Counted from the stretch's first letter, positions 8,362 to 17,533 are shown. The stretch is DNA of 64,000 nt from Prochloron didemni P4-Papua_New_Guinea (GCA_000252485.1 JH610785.1:164-64163); one strand, 5' to 3'. Numbers and translations are program-made. Notes: a model not told the origin generated them from the sequence alone.

Positions 8362-10836
8362 ATGAACGAACAACTGGATTGGGGACGTTTATATAAAGCT
8401 TTGACGATAGAAGCAGAAACTGGTTTTACCGACTTAATGGGTAATAAGTATCGTTTCAGCGAATTCCTCTGTTTTACTTTCGGCAAAGTACCGCCGGGTC
8501 AGGAAGCTCCTATACGCCGTCGCTGGCAAGAAATGGCGGCTAGATTTGCTCGCTATCCCCATTTAAATTTAACTGAAAGACAAAGTCTAATTGAAGATAC
8601 TCGCAGCTTTCTTCAGGAACTAGAATGTGGTGGTGGGGTAGGCGAACTGCCTGCCCCACAATCGATAACAAAAGAAAAAAAACCGCTACAAACTCAATTA
8701 CCTCCTCTTCACGGCACGAACATACACCATAGCTCTGTCACTCTCGACCAACCTTTAAGTCAACTGAAAGAAGTAGGAAGCAGTAAAAGCCCTTATTTGG
8801 AACGTCTGGGTTTGACTAAGGTGCGGGACTTGCTTTTCTATTATCCCCGGGACCACATTGACTATGCTCGTCAAATTAATATTGCGGAGTTAGTACCGGG
8901 GGAAACGGTTACTTTGGTGGGAACTGTTAAGCGTTGTAGTTGCTTTAGCAGTCCGAAAAATAAAAAGCTGACTATCTTAGATCTTATTGTTAAAGACTCT
9001 ACGGGACAAATAAAGTTGAGTCGCTTTTTTGCGGGAACTCGCTTTAGCAATCGGGGTTGGCAAGAAAAACTGAAGCGTCAGTATCCTGTAGGTTCTCTTG
9101 TGGCTGCTTCGGGACTGGTGAAAAAGAATAAATACGGTCTTACTTTGGAAAATCCAGAGATAGAACTGCTGGACAGACAGGGAAGAGTTAGTTCTCTGAA
9201 GGTGGGTCGGGTAGTGCCGGTTTATAGTTTAACTGAGGGATTGGCGGCGGATTTGGTGCGGCGAGCGGTACAGTTCGCAATGGAAGCGGTGGAGCAACTG
9301 GAAGAGGCTTTACCGAAGGAGTTGCGCGATCGCTACGATTTAATTAATTTGCAAGAGGCGATCGCCAACATTCATTTTCCCGCTGACCCAGATATTCTTG
9401 CCCGTGCCAGAAAGCGGTTGGTGTTCGATGAATTTTTCTACTTACAACTGGGATTTCTGCAACGACGACAAGAAGAACGAAAGGGCAAGAAAAGTGCTAT
9501 TTTCGTGCCTAGAGGCCAACTAATTGAAGAGTTCCATCAAATATTGCCTTTTGCTTTAACTAATGCCCAACAGCGAGTTATTAATGAGATTCTCCAAGAC
9601 TTGCGATTAGAGCAACCCATGAATCGCTTGGTGCAAGGAGATGTGGGTTCCGGTAAAACTGTGGTTGCTGTAGTGGCCATTTTGGCAGCTATTGAATCTG
9701 GGTATCAAGCAGCTCTCATGGCTCCCACGGAGGTGTTGGCGGAACAGCATTATCGTAAGTTAGTAAGCTGGTTTAACTTATTACACTTGCCAGTAGAACT
9801 GCTTACAGGTTCTACTAAAACAGCCAAGCGGCGGGAAATTCACAGCAAACTGGAAAGTGGGGAATTACCTTTATTGGTGGGAACCCATGCTTTAATTCAA
9901 GACCCAGTGAAGTTTCAGCGATTGGGTTTGGTGGCGATCGACGAACAGCATCGCTTTGGAGTGCAGCAACGAGCTAGATTGCTGGCAAAAGGTCAGGCTC
10001 CTCACATTCTCAGCTTGACTGCAACTCCTATCCCCCGTACTTTAGCTCTCACCTTGCATGGGGATTTAGATGTGAGTCAAATTGATGAATTGCCACCGGG
10101 AAGACAACCCATTGAAACTACTATTTTAAGTGGAAGACAGCGAAATAAAGCTTACGAATTAGTTCGTCGGGAAATTGTTCAAGGAGGACAAGCTTATATT
10201 ATTTTTCCCTTGATTGAAGAATCGGAGAAACTGGACCTAAAGGCAGCAGTAGAGCAACACCAACGTTTGAGTGAAACTATTTTTCCGGAATTCCAGGTAG
10301 GGTTACTCCACGGTCGCATGAGTTCCCAGGAAAAGGATGAGGCGCTCAATGCTTTTCGGGATAATCAAACTCAAATAATTGTTTCCACTACAGTAATTGA
10401 AGTCGGAGTGGATGTTCCTAACGCTACGGTGATGTTAATTGAAAATGCGGAACGTTTTGGCTTGTCCCAATTGCATCAATTGCGAGGTCGAGTGGGTCGG
10501 GGCGATCGCCAGTCTTACTGTTTGTTGATGACTGGTACTAAGAATCAAGAAGCAATGCAGCGGTTGGGAGTGTTGGAACAGTCTCGGGATGGGTTTTTTA
10601 TAGCGGAGATGGATTTGCGTTTTCGCGGTCCTGGGGAAGTGTTGGGGAAGCGCCAGTCCGGGTTGCCAGATTTTGCTTTGGCCAGTTTGGCGGAAGACCA
10701 GGAAGTATTGGTGCTGGCGCGGGAAGCGGCGGAGAAGTTGATACTGGTGGACCCAAGTTTGGATGGGGTTCCCAGTATTAAGCGGGAGTTGGCAGTGCGC
10801 TATCAGCGGATTTTGGGGGGAGAGATTTTGACTTAG
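8362..10836 (+). CDS. recG: ATP-dependent DNA helicase RecG
   Basis: Wedge/OB region, Walker A GDVGSGKT, DEQHRFG (motif II), TATPIPRT and QLHQLRGRVGRG. Start set at the ATG at 8362, because the upstream ORF part is made of C-tract and heptamer repeats. Confidence 0.9.
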   Translation: MNEQLDWGRLYKALTIEAETGFTDLMGNKYRFSEFLCFTFGKVPPGQEAPIRRRWQEMAARFARYPHLNLTERQSLIEDTRSFLQELECGGGVGELPAPQSITKEKKPLQTQLPPLHGTNIHHSSVTLDQPLSQLKEVGSSKSPYLERLGLTKVRDLLFYYPRDHIDYARQINIAELVPGETVTLVGTVKRCSCFSSPKNKKLTILDLIVKDSTGQIKLSRFFAGTRFSNRGWQEKLKRQYPVGSLVAASGLVKKNKYGLTLENPEIELLDRQGRVSSLKVGRVVPVYSLTEGLAADLVRRAVQFAMEAVEQLEEALPKELRDRYDLINLQEAIANIHFPADPDILARARKRLVFDEFFYLQLGFLQRRQEERKGKKSAIFVPRGQLIEEFHQILPFALTNAQQRVINEILQDLRLEQPMNRLVQGDVGSGKTVVAVVAILAAIESGYQAALMAPTEVLAEQHYRKLVSWFNLLHLPVELLTGSTKTAKRREIHSKLESGELPLLVGTHALIQDPVKFQRLGLVAIDEQHRFGVQQRARLLAKGQAPHILSLTATPIPRTLALTLHGDLDVSQIDELPPGRQPIETTILSGRQRNKAYELVRREIVQGGQAYIIFPLIEESEKLDLKAAVEQHQRLSETIFPEFQVGLLHGRMSSQEKDEALNAFRDNQTQIIVSTTVIEVGVDVPNATVMLIENAERFGLSQLHQLRGRVGRGDRQSYCLLMTGTKNQEAMQRLGVLEQSRDGFFIAEMDLRFRGPGEVLGKRQSGLPDFALASLAEDQEVLVLAREAAEKLILVDPSLDGVPSIKRELAVRYQRILGGEILT

Positions 10837-10884
10837 ATTTGGTTTTTGTTATCCTCTATAATTAGATAGCTAACAATAAATAGA

Positions 10885-12177
10885 TTGAGAGAAAAAAAAT
10901 TGAAAGAGTTTGATAAACCAATCCCACAAGCAAGCCTAAATATTGTTGAAAAAACCAGATCTAATCTCTTTGCTTGGCGCGGTCAATTTTCCCCACAGCT
11001 TATAGAGACAATCCTAAATTCATATTGTCTCCCTAACTCAGTCATTATGGACCCTTTTGTCGGTAGTGGAACTGTTTTGTTAGAAGCAGGCAATTTTGGC
11101 TTGGAAGCATATGGTTTTGACATCAATCCAGCAGCTTGGATTCTGAGCAGTATCTACGAACTTATCCACAACTCTCAGCGTCAAAAAATTATCAACAACC
11201 TTAGAGGGCAAATAGAGATAAATTTTCCCTTGAAAATCTTGAGTAATAATAGCACAATAGACAATATCGAAGAAATATTGTGGCAAATAAGAAGAGATTT
11301 CGATGCAGAGTATATCAAAGTATTTGATGCTCTAGTCATCCTGCTTGATGTTGCCAACAAGGAAACAACCAATGAATTGATACAGGCTAAATTTTATCAC
11401 TTGGTGAATGTTATCGAGAAATTACCTTATTCAAACAAACCAATTAAAGTGGGCTTAGGGGATGCTCGTTCCCTTCCGCTCTCAGACGCTAGAGTAGATT
11501 TTGTAGTCACTTCGCCGACCTATATCAATGTATTTAACTATCACCAAAACTATCGTAAATCTGCTGAAATTTTAGGCTGGAATTTATTAAAGATAGCCAA
11601 GTCAGAAATTGGCTCTAATCGAGCTAATCGAGGAAATCGTTTCTATACAGTAATCCAATACTGTCTGGACATGGCTGATGTTCTTAGAGAACTTGCTAGA
11701 GTCACCAAAACTGATGCTAGAATTGTCTTGGTTGTAGGCTATGAATCCAAGGTTCTGGGAGTTACTTTTTATAATGCGGATATTATTGAAAAAATTGGGG
11801 TTAGCTCAGGTCTCTTTGCTAAAGTGTTGAGACAGAAGCGAGAATTTAAAAATAAGTTTGGCAAGTGGATTAGAGAAGATATAATTAATTTTGTAAATCT
11901 CAAAAGTCCATGTAGTGAAAGTGAATTAGAAAACATTGCCAGAAAAGTGGCATTGGAAGTCTTGACAAGTAATCTAACTATTGTTGCTGCCAAAAATCTT
12001 AAATATTTAGAAAATGCTATCGATAGAGTTGAAAATATTGGTAAAACAGTGATATTAGACAAAAAGCATTGTATCTATTCACCTAGTCAACCTAAGCAAG
12101 TAGCAAGTTCCCTGACCTATTCTTATTACCCACATTCCGCCGGTAGTGCTATAGCACGAAGTAGTACACAGTGTTAA
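10885..12177 (+). CDS. orphan DNA (N6-adenine/N4-cytosine type) methyltransferase
   Basis: AdoMet motif I DPFVGSGT near residue 56 and motif IV-like VVTSPTYINVFNY near residue 208, an alpha-type order. TTG start as tracked. No adjacent endonuclease ORF. Confidence 0.65.
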   Translation: MREKKLKEFDKPIPQASLNIVEKTRSNLFAWRGQFSPQLIETILNSYCLPNSVIMDPFVGSGTVLLEAGNFGLEAYGFDINPAAWILSSIYELIHNSQRQKIINNLRGQIEINFPLKILSNNSTIDNIEEILWQIRRDFDAEYIKVFDALVILLDVANKETTNELIQAKFYHLVNVIEKLPYSNKPIKVGLGDARSLPLSDARVDFVVTSPTYINVFNYHQNYRKSAEILGWNLLKIAKSEIGSNRANRGNRFYTVIQYCLDMADVLRELARVTKTDARIVLVVGYESKVLGVTFYNADIIEKIGVSSGLFAKVLRQKREFKNKFGKWIREDIINFVNLKSPCSESELENIARKVALEVLTSNLTIVAAKNLKYLENAIDRVENIGKTVILDKKHCIYSPSQPKQVASSLTYSYYPHSAGSAIARSSTQC

Positions 12178-12231
12178 AAAGTGGAGATTAGCTATGACTA
12201 TATTGCTCCTGATGAGCGGGTTTATTATCCT

Positions 12232-12532
12232 TCACGTTCCTAGAACAGCCACTTCCTCTTTCAACCGATCGCCTACTGCATCCTCCACCGCATCCAAATC
12301 GTAATCCATTTGCAATCCCAGCCAAAATCGTGGGGACATATTAAAGTAACGAGCTAAACGAAGAGCTGTATCTGCGGTAATCCCTCGTTTGCCATGAATA
12401 ATTTCTTTAATCTGTTGCGATGGCACTCCTAAAGCCAAAGCGATTTGATTTTCCCGGCTGATTCATTGGCTTGAGAAATTCCTCTAAAAGTACTTCACCC
12501 GGATGGACTGGTATTAGTTTATTTTCTGTCAT
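12232..12532 (-). pseudogene. frameshifted copy of HigA-family (XRE HTH) antitoxin gene
   Basis: Aligns with 13108-13407, but CCCGGCTGATTCATTGGC replaces CCCTTAAATTCGTTGGC. This 1-nt length difference breaks the frame, leaving only a 68-aa C-terminal ORF. Confidence 0.6.
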
Positions 12533-12669
12533 ATTACATCAAAATTAATTCAAATTTAACAAATGGTTGAAAGCGATAGATGCTGTGGTGGGCAATGCCC
12601 ACCCTACTAAAAAACTGTTTGACGACAATTTCAGATTATAATAAAAAAAGCTCTCATCTATCCTAACCA

Positions 12670-12966
12670 ATGAAGCAAGGATATACTAAAATATTAAATA
12701 ACCCTTTAGTTTCTGCAGATGTGCTTCAAGATAATATTGCCGTAGCAATTGCTCGCGCGATCGCTTCCGCTAACAAACGTGCTAGGGAATTGAATATTGA
12801 TGTCATGGAAAGCATTATCAGTGTAACTCAGCATCTTCATAATAATAGCTGGGTCTGGCGAGTAAACTATGGAGCTAAAGATTATATTGGGCGACGGGGT
12901 GGGGATTTAATTGTTGAAGTTAATCCAAAAGATTTCACTATCCTGAGAGTGCTTTGGGGGCAATAG
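12670..12966 (+). CDS. hypothetical 98-aa protein (duplicate 1)
   Basis: Intact in both duplication units with 2 aa differences. Divergent from the higA-like gene. Confidence 0.45.
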   Translation: MKQGYTKILNNPLVSADVLQDNIAVAIARAIASANKRARELNIDVMESIISVTQHLHNNSWVWRVNYGAKDYIGRRGGDLIVEVNPKDFTILRVLWGQ

Positions 12967-13107
12967 GTATGTAGCCTAGCAAAAATAAAGTAAAGAATTG
13001 TCTTAATCTGTTATAAGCTTATACAAGCAAGTCTAACAAATCATTGGAGTTAAAAAGTGGAGATTAGCCATGACTATATTGCTCCTGATGAGCGGGTTTA
13101 TTATCCT

Positions 13108-13407
13108 TCACGTTCCTAGGACAGCCACTTCTTCTTTCAATCGATCGCCTACTGCATCCTCCACCACATCCAAATCGTAATCCATTTGCAATCCCAACCA
13201 AAATCGTGGGGACATATTAAAGTAACGAGCTAAACGAAGAGCTGTATCTGCGGTAATCCCTCGTTTGCCATGAATAATTTCGTTAATCTGTTGCGATGGC
13301 ACTCCTAAAGCTAAAGCGATTTGATTTTCCCTTAAATTCGTTGGCTTGAGAAATTCCTCTAAAAGTACTTCACCCGGATGGACTGGTATTAGTTTATTTT
13401 CTGTCAT
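13108..13407 (-). CDS. higA: HigA-family addiction-module antitoxin (XRE-type HTH)
   Basis: IPVHPGEVLLEEFLKP...QIALALGVPSQQINEIIHGKRGITADTALRLARYF..SPRFWLGLQ is the typical HigA/VapI signature. No higB-like ORF is adjacent. Confidence 0.75.
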   Translation of the reverse strand: MTENKLIPVHPGEVLLEEFLKPTNLRENQIALALGVPSQQINEIIHGKRGITADTALRLARYFNMSPRFWLGLQMDYDLDVVEDAVGDRLKEEVAVLGT

Positions 13408-13536
13408 GTTACACCAAAATTAATTCAAATTTCACAAATCGTTGAAATAGCTAATATATTAGCTGCTTATAATATGGTAAAACTGTTTGACGACAATTTC
13501 ACATTATAATAAAAAAGCTCTCATCTATCTTAACCA

Positions 13537-13833
13537 ATGAAGCAAGGATATACTAAAATATTAAATAACCCTTTAGTTTCTGCAGATGTACTTCAAGATA
13601 ATATTGCCGTAGCAATTGCTCGCGCGATCGCTTCCGCTAACAAACGTGCTAGGGAATTGAATATTGATGTCATGGAAAGCATTATCAGTCTAACTCAGCA
13701 TCCTCATAATAATAGCTGGGTCTGGCGAGTAAACTATGGAGCTAAAGATTATATTGGGCGACGGGGTGGGGATTTAATTGTTGAAGTTAATCCAAAAGAT
13801 TTCACTATCCTGAGAGTGCTTTGGGGGCAATAG
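13537..13833 (+). CDS. hypothetical 98-aa protein (duplicate 2)
   Basis: Copy of 12670-12966. Confidence 0.45.
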   Translation: MKQGYTKILNNPLVSADVLQDNIAVAIARAIASANKRARELNIDVMESIISLTQHPHNNSWVWRVNYGAKDYIGRRGGDLIVEVNPKDFTILRVLWGQ

Positions 13834-13982
13834 GTACGTAGCCTAGCAAAAATAAAGTAAAGAATTGTCTTAATCTGTTGAGTCAGTTTCTGCTAATATA
13901 AGATTAAAGTACGTCAACGTAAAAATTTGGCAGTAGTTTAGCGCCATGCAAATCGGTTATACAATCCAACTTTCAGAACCTA

Positions 13983-14402
13983 ATGTCTAGACGGGATAAT
14001 TTACATTTCTCTCTGCGTCGCACTCTCGAAAAAGACGGGTGGACGATTACGGATGATCCGTTCATCTTATTGTTAGGTGAAACTATCTTGAAAGCTGATT
14101 TAGGAGCAGAAAAGTTTTTTGCTGCTGAAAAAGAAGGACGAAAAATTGCTGTAGAAGTTAAAAGCTTCGAGTCGCCTTCAGTCATTAATGAACTGGAAAA
14201 AACTATGGGACAGCTTCAACTTTATCAATGGGCTTTGGAGGTGCAAGAACCAGAACGACAGTTGTTTTTAGCCATCAGCCAAGAAGTTTATATTAAATAC
14301 TTCCAAAAAACTATTTTTCAGCTAGCCGTCCAAAGAAATAAAATTAATTTATTAATTTACGAACCGGAGCGGGAGGTTATTGTTAAATGGAACGATCGCT
14401 AA
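13983..14402 (+). CDS. xisH: XisH family protein
   Basis: ..LEKDGWTITDDP...LGAEK.FAAEKEGRKIAVEVKSF.. is the characteristic XisH signature. Overlaps the downstream xisI. Confidence 0.8.
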   Translation: MSRRDNLHFSLRRTLEKDGWTITDDPFILLLGETILKADLGAEKFFAAEKEGRKIAVEVKSFESPSVINELEKTMGQLQLYQWALEVQEPERQLFLAISQEVYIKYFQKTIFQLAVQRNKINLLIYEPEREVIVKWNDR

Positions 14403-14740
14403 ACTATGCAGATATTCTGAAAAAAACCCTGCAGGAGGAAACCCGCGCTCAACCGAGTATACAAGCGATTCGGCTTTATCCCGTCTGCGATATGGATTCC
14501 GGTCATTTCCTGGTTCTGGCTACCGGTTGGGATCGGCAACGCTGGATGGACTCGATTCTGTTTCACGCTCACTTGGTGGATGGCCAAGTCATTATTGAAG
14601 AGGATAACTTTGAGGAAGGGTTGACCCCTGCACTTATTGCCGCCGGTATCCCAGCAGAACATATTATTGCTGGTCTCCATTATCAAGCAGATAGAGCGAT
14701 GGCGATGGCGGGTGATTCCTCTATATATACTGGACCATGA
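14387..14740 (+). CDS. xisI: XisI family protein
   Basis: ..D.DSGHFLVLATGWDRQRW....LFHAHLVDGQVIIEEDNFEEGL...L...GIPAE.I matches the XisI family. Overlaps xisH by 16 nt. Confidence 0.8.
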   Translation: MERSLNYADILKKTLQEETRAQPSIQAIRLYPVCDMDSGHFLVLATGWDRQRWMDSILFHAHLVDGQVIIEEDNFEEGLTPALIAAGIPAEHIIAGLHYQADRAMAMAGDSSIYTGP

Positions 14741-14897
14741 ACGTGTTTACTATTTCGGATGAGCAACCAAGGATGCGCAGTATAACTATCAACTATCCAC
14801 TATCAACTGTCAACTGCTATATAGTATTTGCAAATTTTAATCAATTATAATTTTTATCTTGGTGACCAACTACTTAAGGATCCCAGGCGTTGAGCCT

Positions 14898-15575
14898 ATG
14901 CCACTGCAACTTATCTTTTCTATCGGTCTGATTTTTGTCTTCCTGGTAGTTATAGTGGCGATCGCGGAAAAACTAAACCAAATAATTACTGACGACAAAG
15001 AACTAACCCGCAAAGTAGTTCACATCGGTGTAGGCAATGTTATTCTCTTGGCCTGGTGGCTCCATGTGCCTACTGCCATTGGTATTGCTGCTGCTACTAT
15101 TGCGGCAACGATGAACTTCATCGCCTATTTTATCCCCATTCTCCCTTCCATCAACAGCGTGGGTCGCCGCAGCTTCGGCACTTTCTTCTATGCTATTAGT
15201 TTTGGAGTCTTGATAGCTTGGTTCTGGCCCCAACATTTGCCTCAATATACGGCGATCGGAATTTTAATCATGGCCTGGGGGGACGGGATGGCTGCTATTA
15301 TTGGTCAGCGTTTCGGCCAACATACCTACCAGGTTCTGGGTATTACCAAAAGCTGGGAAGGCTCCCTCGCTATGGCAGGAGCCAGTTTTTTGGTCACCTG
15401 GCCAATTCTTGTTTCTCTTGAGGGCAATATCTGGCACAGTGGTCTTGTAGCTGCGATTGTAGCTGTAGTTGCTGCTAGTTTGGAGGCTTTCTCCAAGCTG
15501 GGTATAGATAATCTCACTGTACCTATTGGCAGTGCTGCGATCGCTTTCTATTTAACCCAGTCGTCTTTCTTTTAA
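14898..15575 (+). CDS. phytol/polyprenol kinase-like membrane protein (CTP-dependent dolichol kinase / cytidylyltransferase superfamily)
   Basis: Polytopic membrane protein with RKVVHIGVGNVILLAWW and GDGMAAIIGQRFG motifs. First ATG used; the tracked ORF begins at the TTG at 14859. Confidence 0.6.
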   Translation: MPLQLIFSIGLIFVFLVVIVAIAEKLNQIITDDKELTRKVVHIGVGNVILLAWWLHVPTAIGIAAATIAATMNFIAYFIPILPSINSVGRRSFGTFFYAISFGVLIAWFWPQHLPQYTAIGILIMAWGDGMAAIIGQRFGQHTYQVLGITKSWEGSLAMAGASFLVTWPILVSLEGNIWHSGLVAAIVAVVAASLEAFSKLGIDNLTVPIGSAAIAFYLTQSSFF

Positions 15576-15600
15576 TTATAGCTGTTGCTATATTACGAGG

Positions 15601-15668
15601 GACTGTCAACTGTCCACTATCAACTATCAACTATCCACTATCCACTGTCAACTATCCACTATCAACTG
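15601..15668. repeat. STRR-like heptamer array (CAACTAT/CCACTAT/CAACTGT)
   Basis: About 9 tandem heptamers. Similar arrays at 14775-14818, 22567-22589, 32107-32156 and 56325-56365. Confidence 0.9.
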
Positions 15669-15675
15669 ATATAAC

Positions 15676-16546
15676 GTGTTTACAGTTACCGAAGAGCAAA
15701 AGCAATATTTAACCTACATTCTCCAGGATACCAACTCCGACTCCAAGGTAGAAGTAGTTCCCGAGAGAGGGGGAATCGTCACTATGTGGCAACTTCAAGG
15801 TCAGGATATCCTCGCTATGGACTGGGAACGGTTTACCCATCCCGAGTTGAGCTAAGAGTGGGATTCCCATCTTATTCCCTATTTGCGGCAATTTGCCAGA
15901 TGACTCTTATACTGTCAAGGGGCAGGAATATAAGCTCAAACAACATGGTTTTGCTCGCAATAGTGCTTGGGAAGTAACAGAGCAATCCCATGGCTCTTGC
16001 GCTAGTTTAACTGTATTGCTAAACAGTAGTGAAGATATTCGTGCTGTTTATCCTTTTGATTTCAAAGTTGCCTTTACTTACGAAGTCCTAGACAATAGTT
16101 TGACCATCAAACAGAGTTACACCAACCTTTCGGAGGAGACCATGGCTTTCGCTACTGGCTTTCATCCTTATTTTAAAGTGGAAGATAAGAGTCAGCTAGC
16201 TGTGGATATTCCCGCTACGGAATATGTAGCTAAGGATACTCAAGAGATTGTTCCTTTTGATGGTTCTTTCGACTATGACAGGGAGGAAATAGATGCTGCT
16301 TTTCCTGGTGTGAGCAAGGATTCTACCTCTTTTACCGACAATCAGCGGGGCTTGAAGGTAGAAATTAGCTACCCAGAACTGTTCTCTACCGTGGTGTTTT
16401 GGACGGTGAAGGGGAAGGATTTTATCTGTTTGGAACCCTGGAGCGCTCCCCGCAATGCTCTCAATACGGGGGATAAGCTGACTCGGTTGGAACCTGGAAG
16501 TAGCTTGGAGACTTGGATTAAGCTGACGGCCAACTTTATTGAGTAG
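15676..16546 (+). pseudogene. aldose 1-epimerase (galactose mutarotase-like) gene with +1 frame break at 15851-15855
   Basis: The GTG-started 59-codon N-terminal part (..VEVVPERGGIVTMWQLQGQDIL..ERF.HPELS*) stops at the TAA at 15853. The next frame continues ..SGIPILFPICGNLPDDSY..QHGFARN.. to 16546. Removing T15853 restores one ORF. Confidence 0.6.
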
Positions 16547-16574
16547 ACTTTTTCTAATTTTTTTGCTTTTTCCC

Positions 16575-16603
16575 TTGACAAGTCAAAAAATCAGTGTTAC
16601 ATT
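16575..16603 (+). promoter_or_regulatory. candidate sigma70-type promoter for tRNA-Lys
   Basis: TTGACA (16575-16580), a 17-nt spacer, then TACATT (16598-16603), about 30 nt upstream of the tRNA. Confidence 0.3.
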
Positions 16604-16635
16604 GGTAAAATGTGTGCAGGAAAGATAAGCTTTCC

Positions 16636-16707
16636 GGGTCGCTAACTCAACGGTAGAGTATCCGGCTTTTAACCGGCAAGTTCTGGGTTCGAATCCCAGG
16701 CGACCCA
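16636..16707 (+). tRNA. tRNA-Lys (anticodon UUU)
   Basis: Full cloverleaf checked by hand. Acceptor GGGTCGC/GCGACCC, D arm ACTC..GAGT, anticodon loop CTTTTAA, T arm CTGGG-TTCGAAT-CCCAG and discriminator A. CCA is not encoded. Confidence 0.9.
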
Positions 16708-16774
16708 CTTTTTGGTTATTTGTTATTTGTTTTTGGTTGTTTGAACTACAGGGCAGCTGATGAACTGCGCCGAG

Positions 16775-17236
16775 TTTTTCAACGTAAAGAAATATTACAA
16801 ACTCTTGAGGTAGATAGCAGTTTCTACTATAGAATTAAGAAGTGGGCTGCCGGAGTAAGACCCCAGCTTTTCCCAGTATAACCAATCCCAGTATAATCAT
16901 GAATACAGCAAAAGCGCACTGTCGCACGGACCGCAAGTTTTCGGCTTTCCACGAATCTTTGATATCCAAGAATCCAAATCGGGATTTTGCACTCAAGCCT
17001 ACAACCAGGCAATTTTTTCAATGTAAAGAAATATTACAAACTCTTGAGGTAGATAGGAGTTTCTACTATATAATAGTAAGTGAGCTGCCGGGGAAAAACC
17101 CCAGCTGTTCAAAAACAGAATAACCCCAGTATAACCATGAATACCGCAAAAGCGCACTGTCGCACGGACCGCAAGTTTTCGGCTTTCCACGAATCTTTGA
17201 TATCCAAGAATCCAAATCGGGATTTTGCACTCAAGC
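16775..17236. repeat. two ~223-bp direct repeats (16775-16998, 17014-17236) separated by a 15-nt spacer
   Basis: The 5' ~55 nt and 3' ~110 nt are almost identical and the central ~60 nt are diverged. Both strands show repeat-generated ORFs. Confidence 0.9.
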
Positions 17237-17246
17237 ATTTGTTCTT

Positions 17247-17533
17247 AAAAGATAAGAAGATTAATTGTACTTGTCGCGCATATGGGGAAGTCAGCACCCC
17301 GCTCTGAAGAGGCGGGGCTTCGTGCCTCCCTCCTAGGATAGCTGACCAGTCTAAGTTCTCTTTATGGGGACTACGTTTTTTGAGTCACGACACCCACGAA
17401 TGCGTCGCTAGTTTATGGCCCTGTCGCTTGTTGTTAAACAGCTTTACGAGGGGTAAGGCAGTGCAGCAAGCTTAACAAGCTCTTAAAACATTGACGAAGC
17501 GAACCTAACCCTAGCAATAGGAGTATTCAAATT
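17247..17533 (+). ncRNA. candidate IscB omega-RNA (guide plus scaffold); boundaries not determined
   Basis: ORF-free gap directly upstream of iscB and co-oriented with it. Nested stems are readable by eye: GTCAGC 17290-17295 / GCTGAC 17341-17346 enclosing CCCCGC 17297-17302 / GCGGGG 17312-17317, and AGCTT/AAGCT at 17469-17481. The position matches where IscB omega-RNAs are encoded. Confidence 0.45.

Larger units (their letters stand above)
12173..13879. repeat. tandem segmental duplication, 2 units of ~835 bp (12173-13012 and 13049-13879; offset 876 bp)
   Basis: Units align nearly base for base. Each carries a higA-like gene (-) and a 98-aa ORF (+). Confidence 0.9.

Noticed and set aside
15848-15856. 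Programmed +1 frameshift in the aldose epimerase gene
   Set aside because: The sequence AGC-TAA-G lacks the slippery codon, upstream SD-like element and stop context of known +1 sites such as prfB. A mutation or sequencing error is more parsimonious.
16827-17307. Four overlapping ORFs (64-93 aa) on both strands across the 223-bp direct repeats
   Set aside because: They are duplicated because the DNA is duplicated. Both strands are open and there are no motifs or RBS. They are better explained as repeat or possible RNA sequence.
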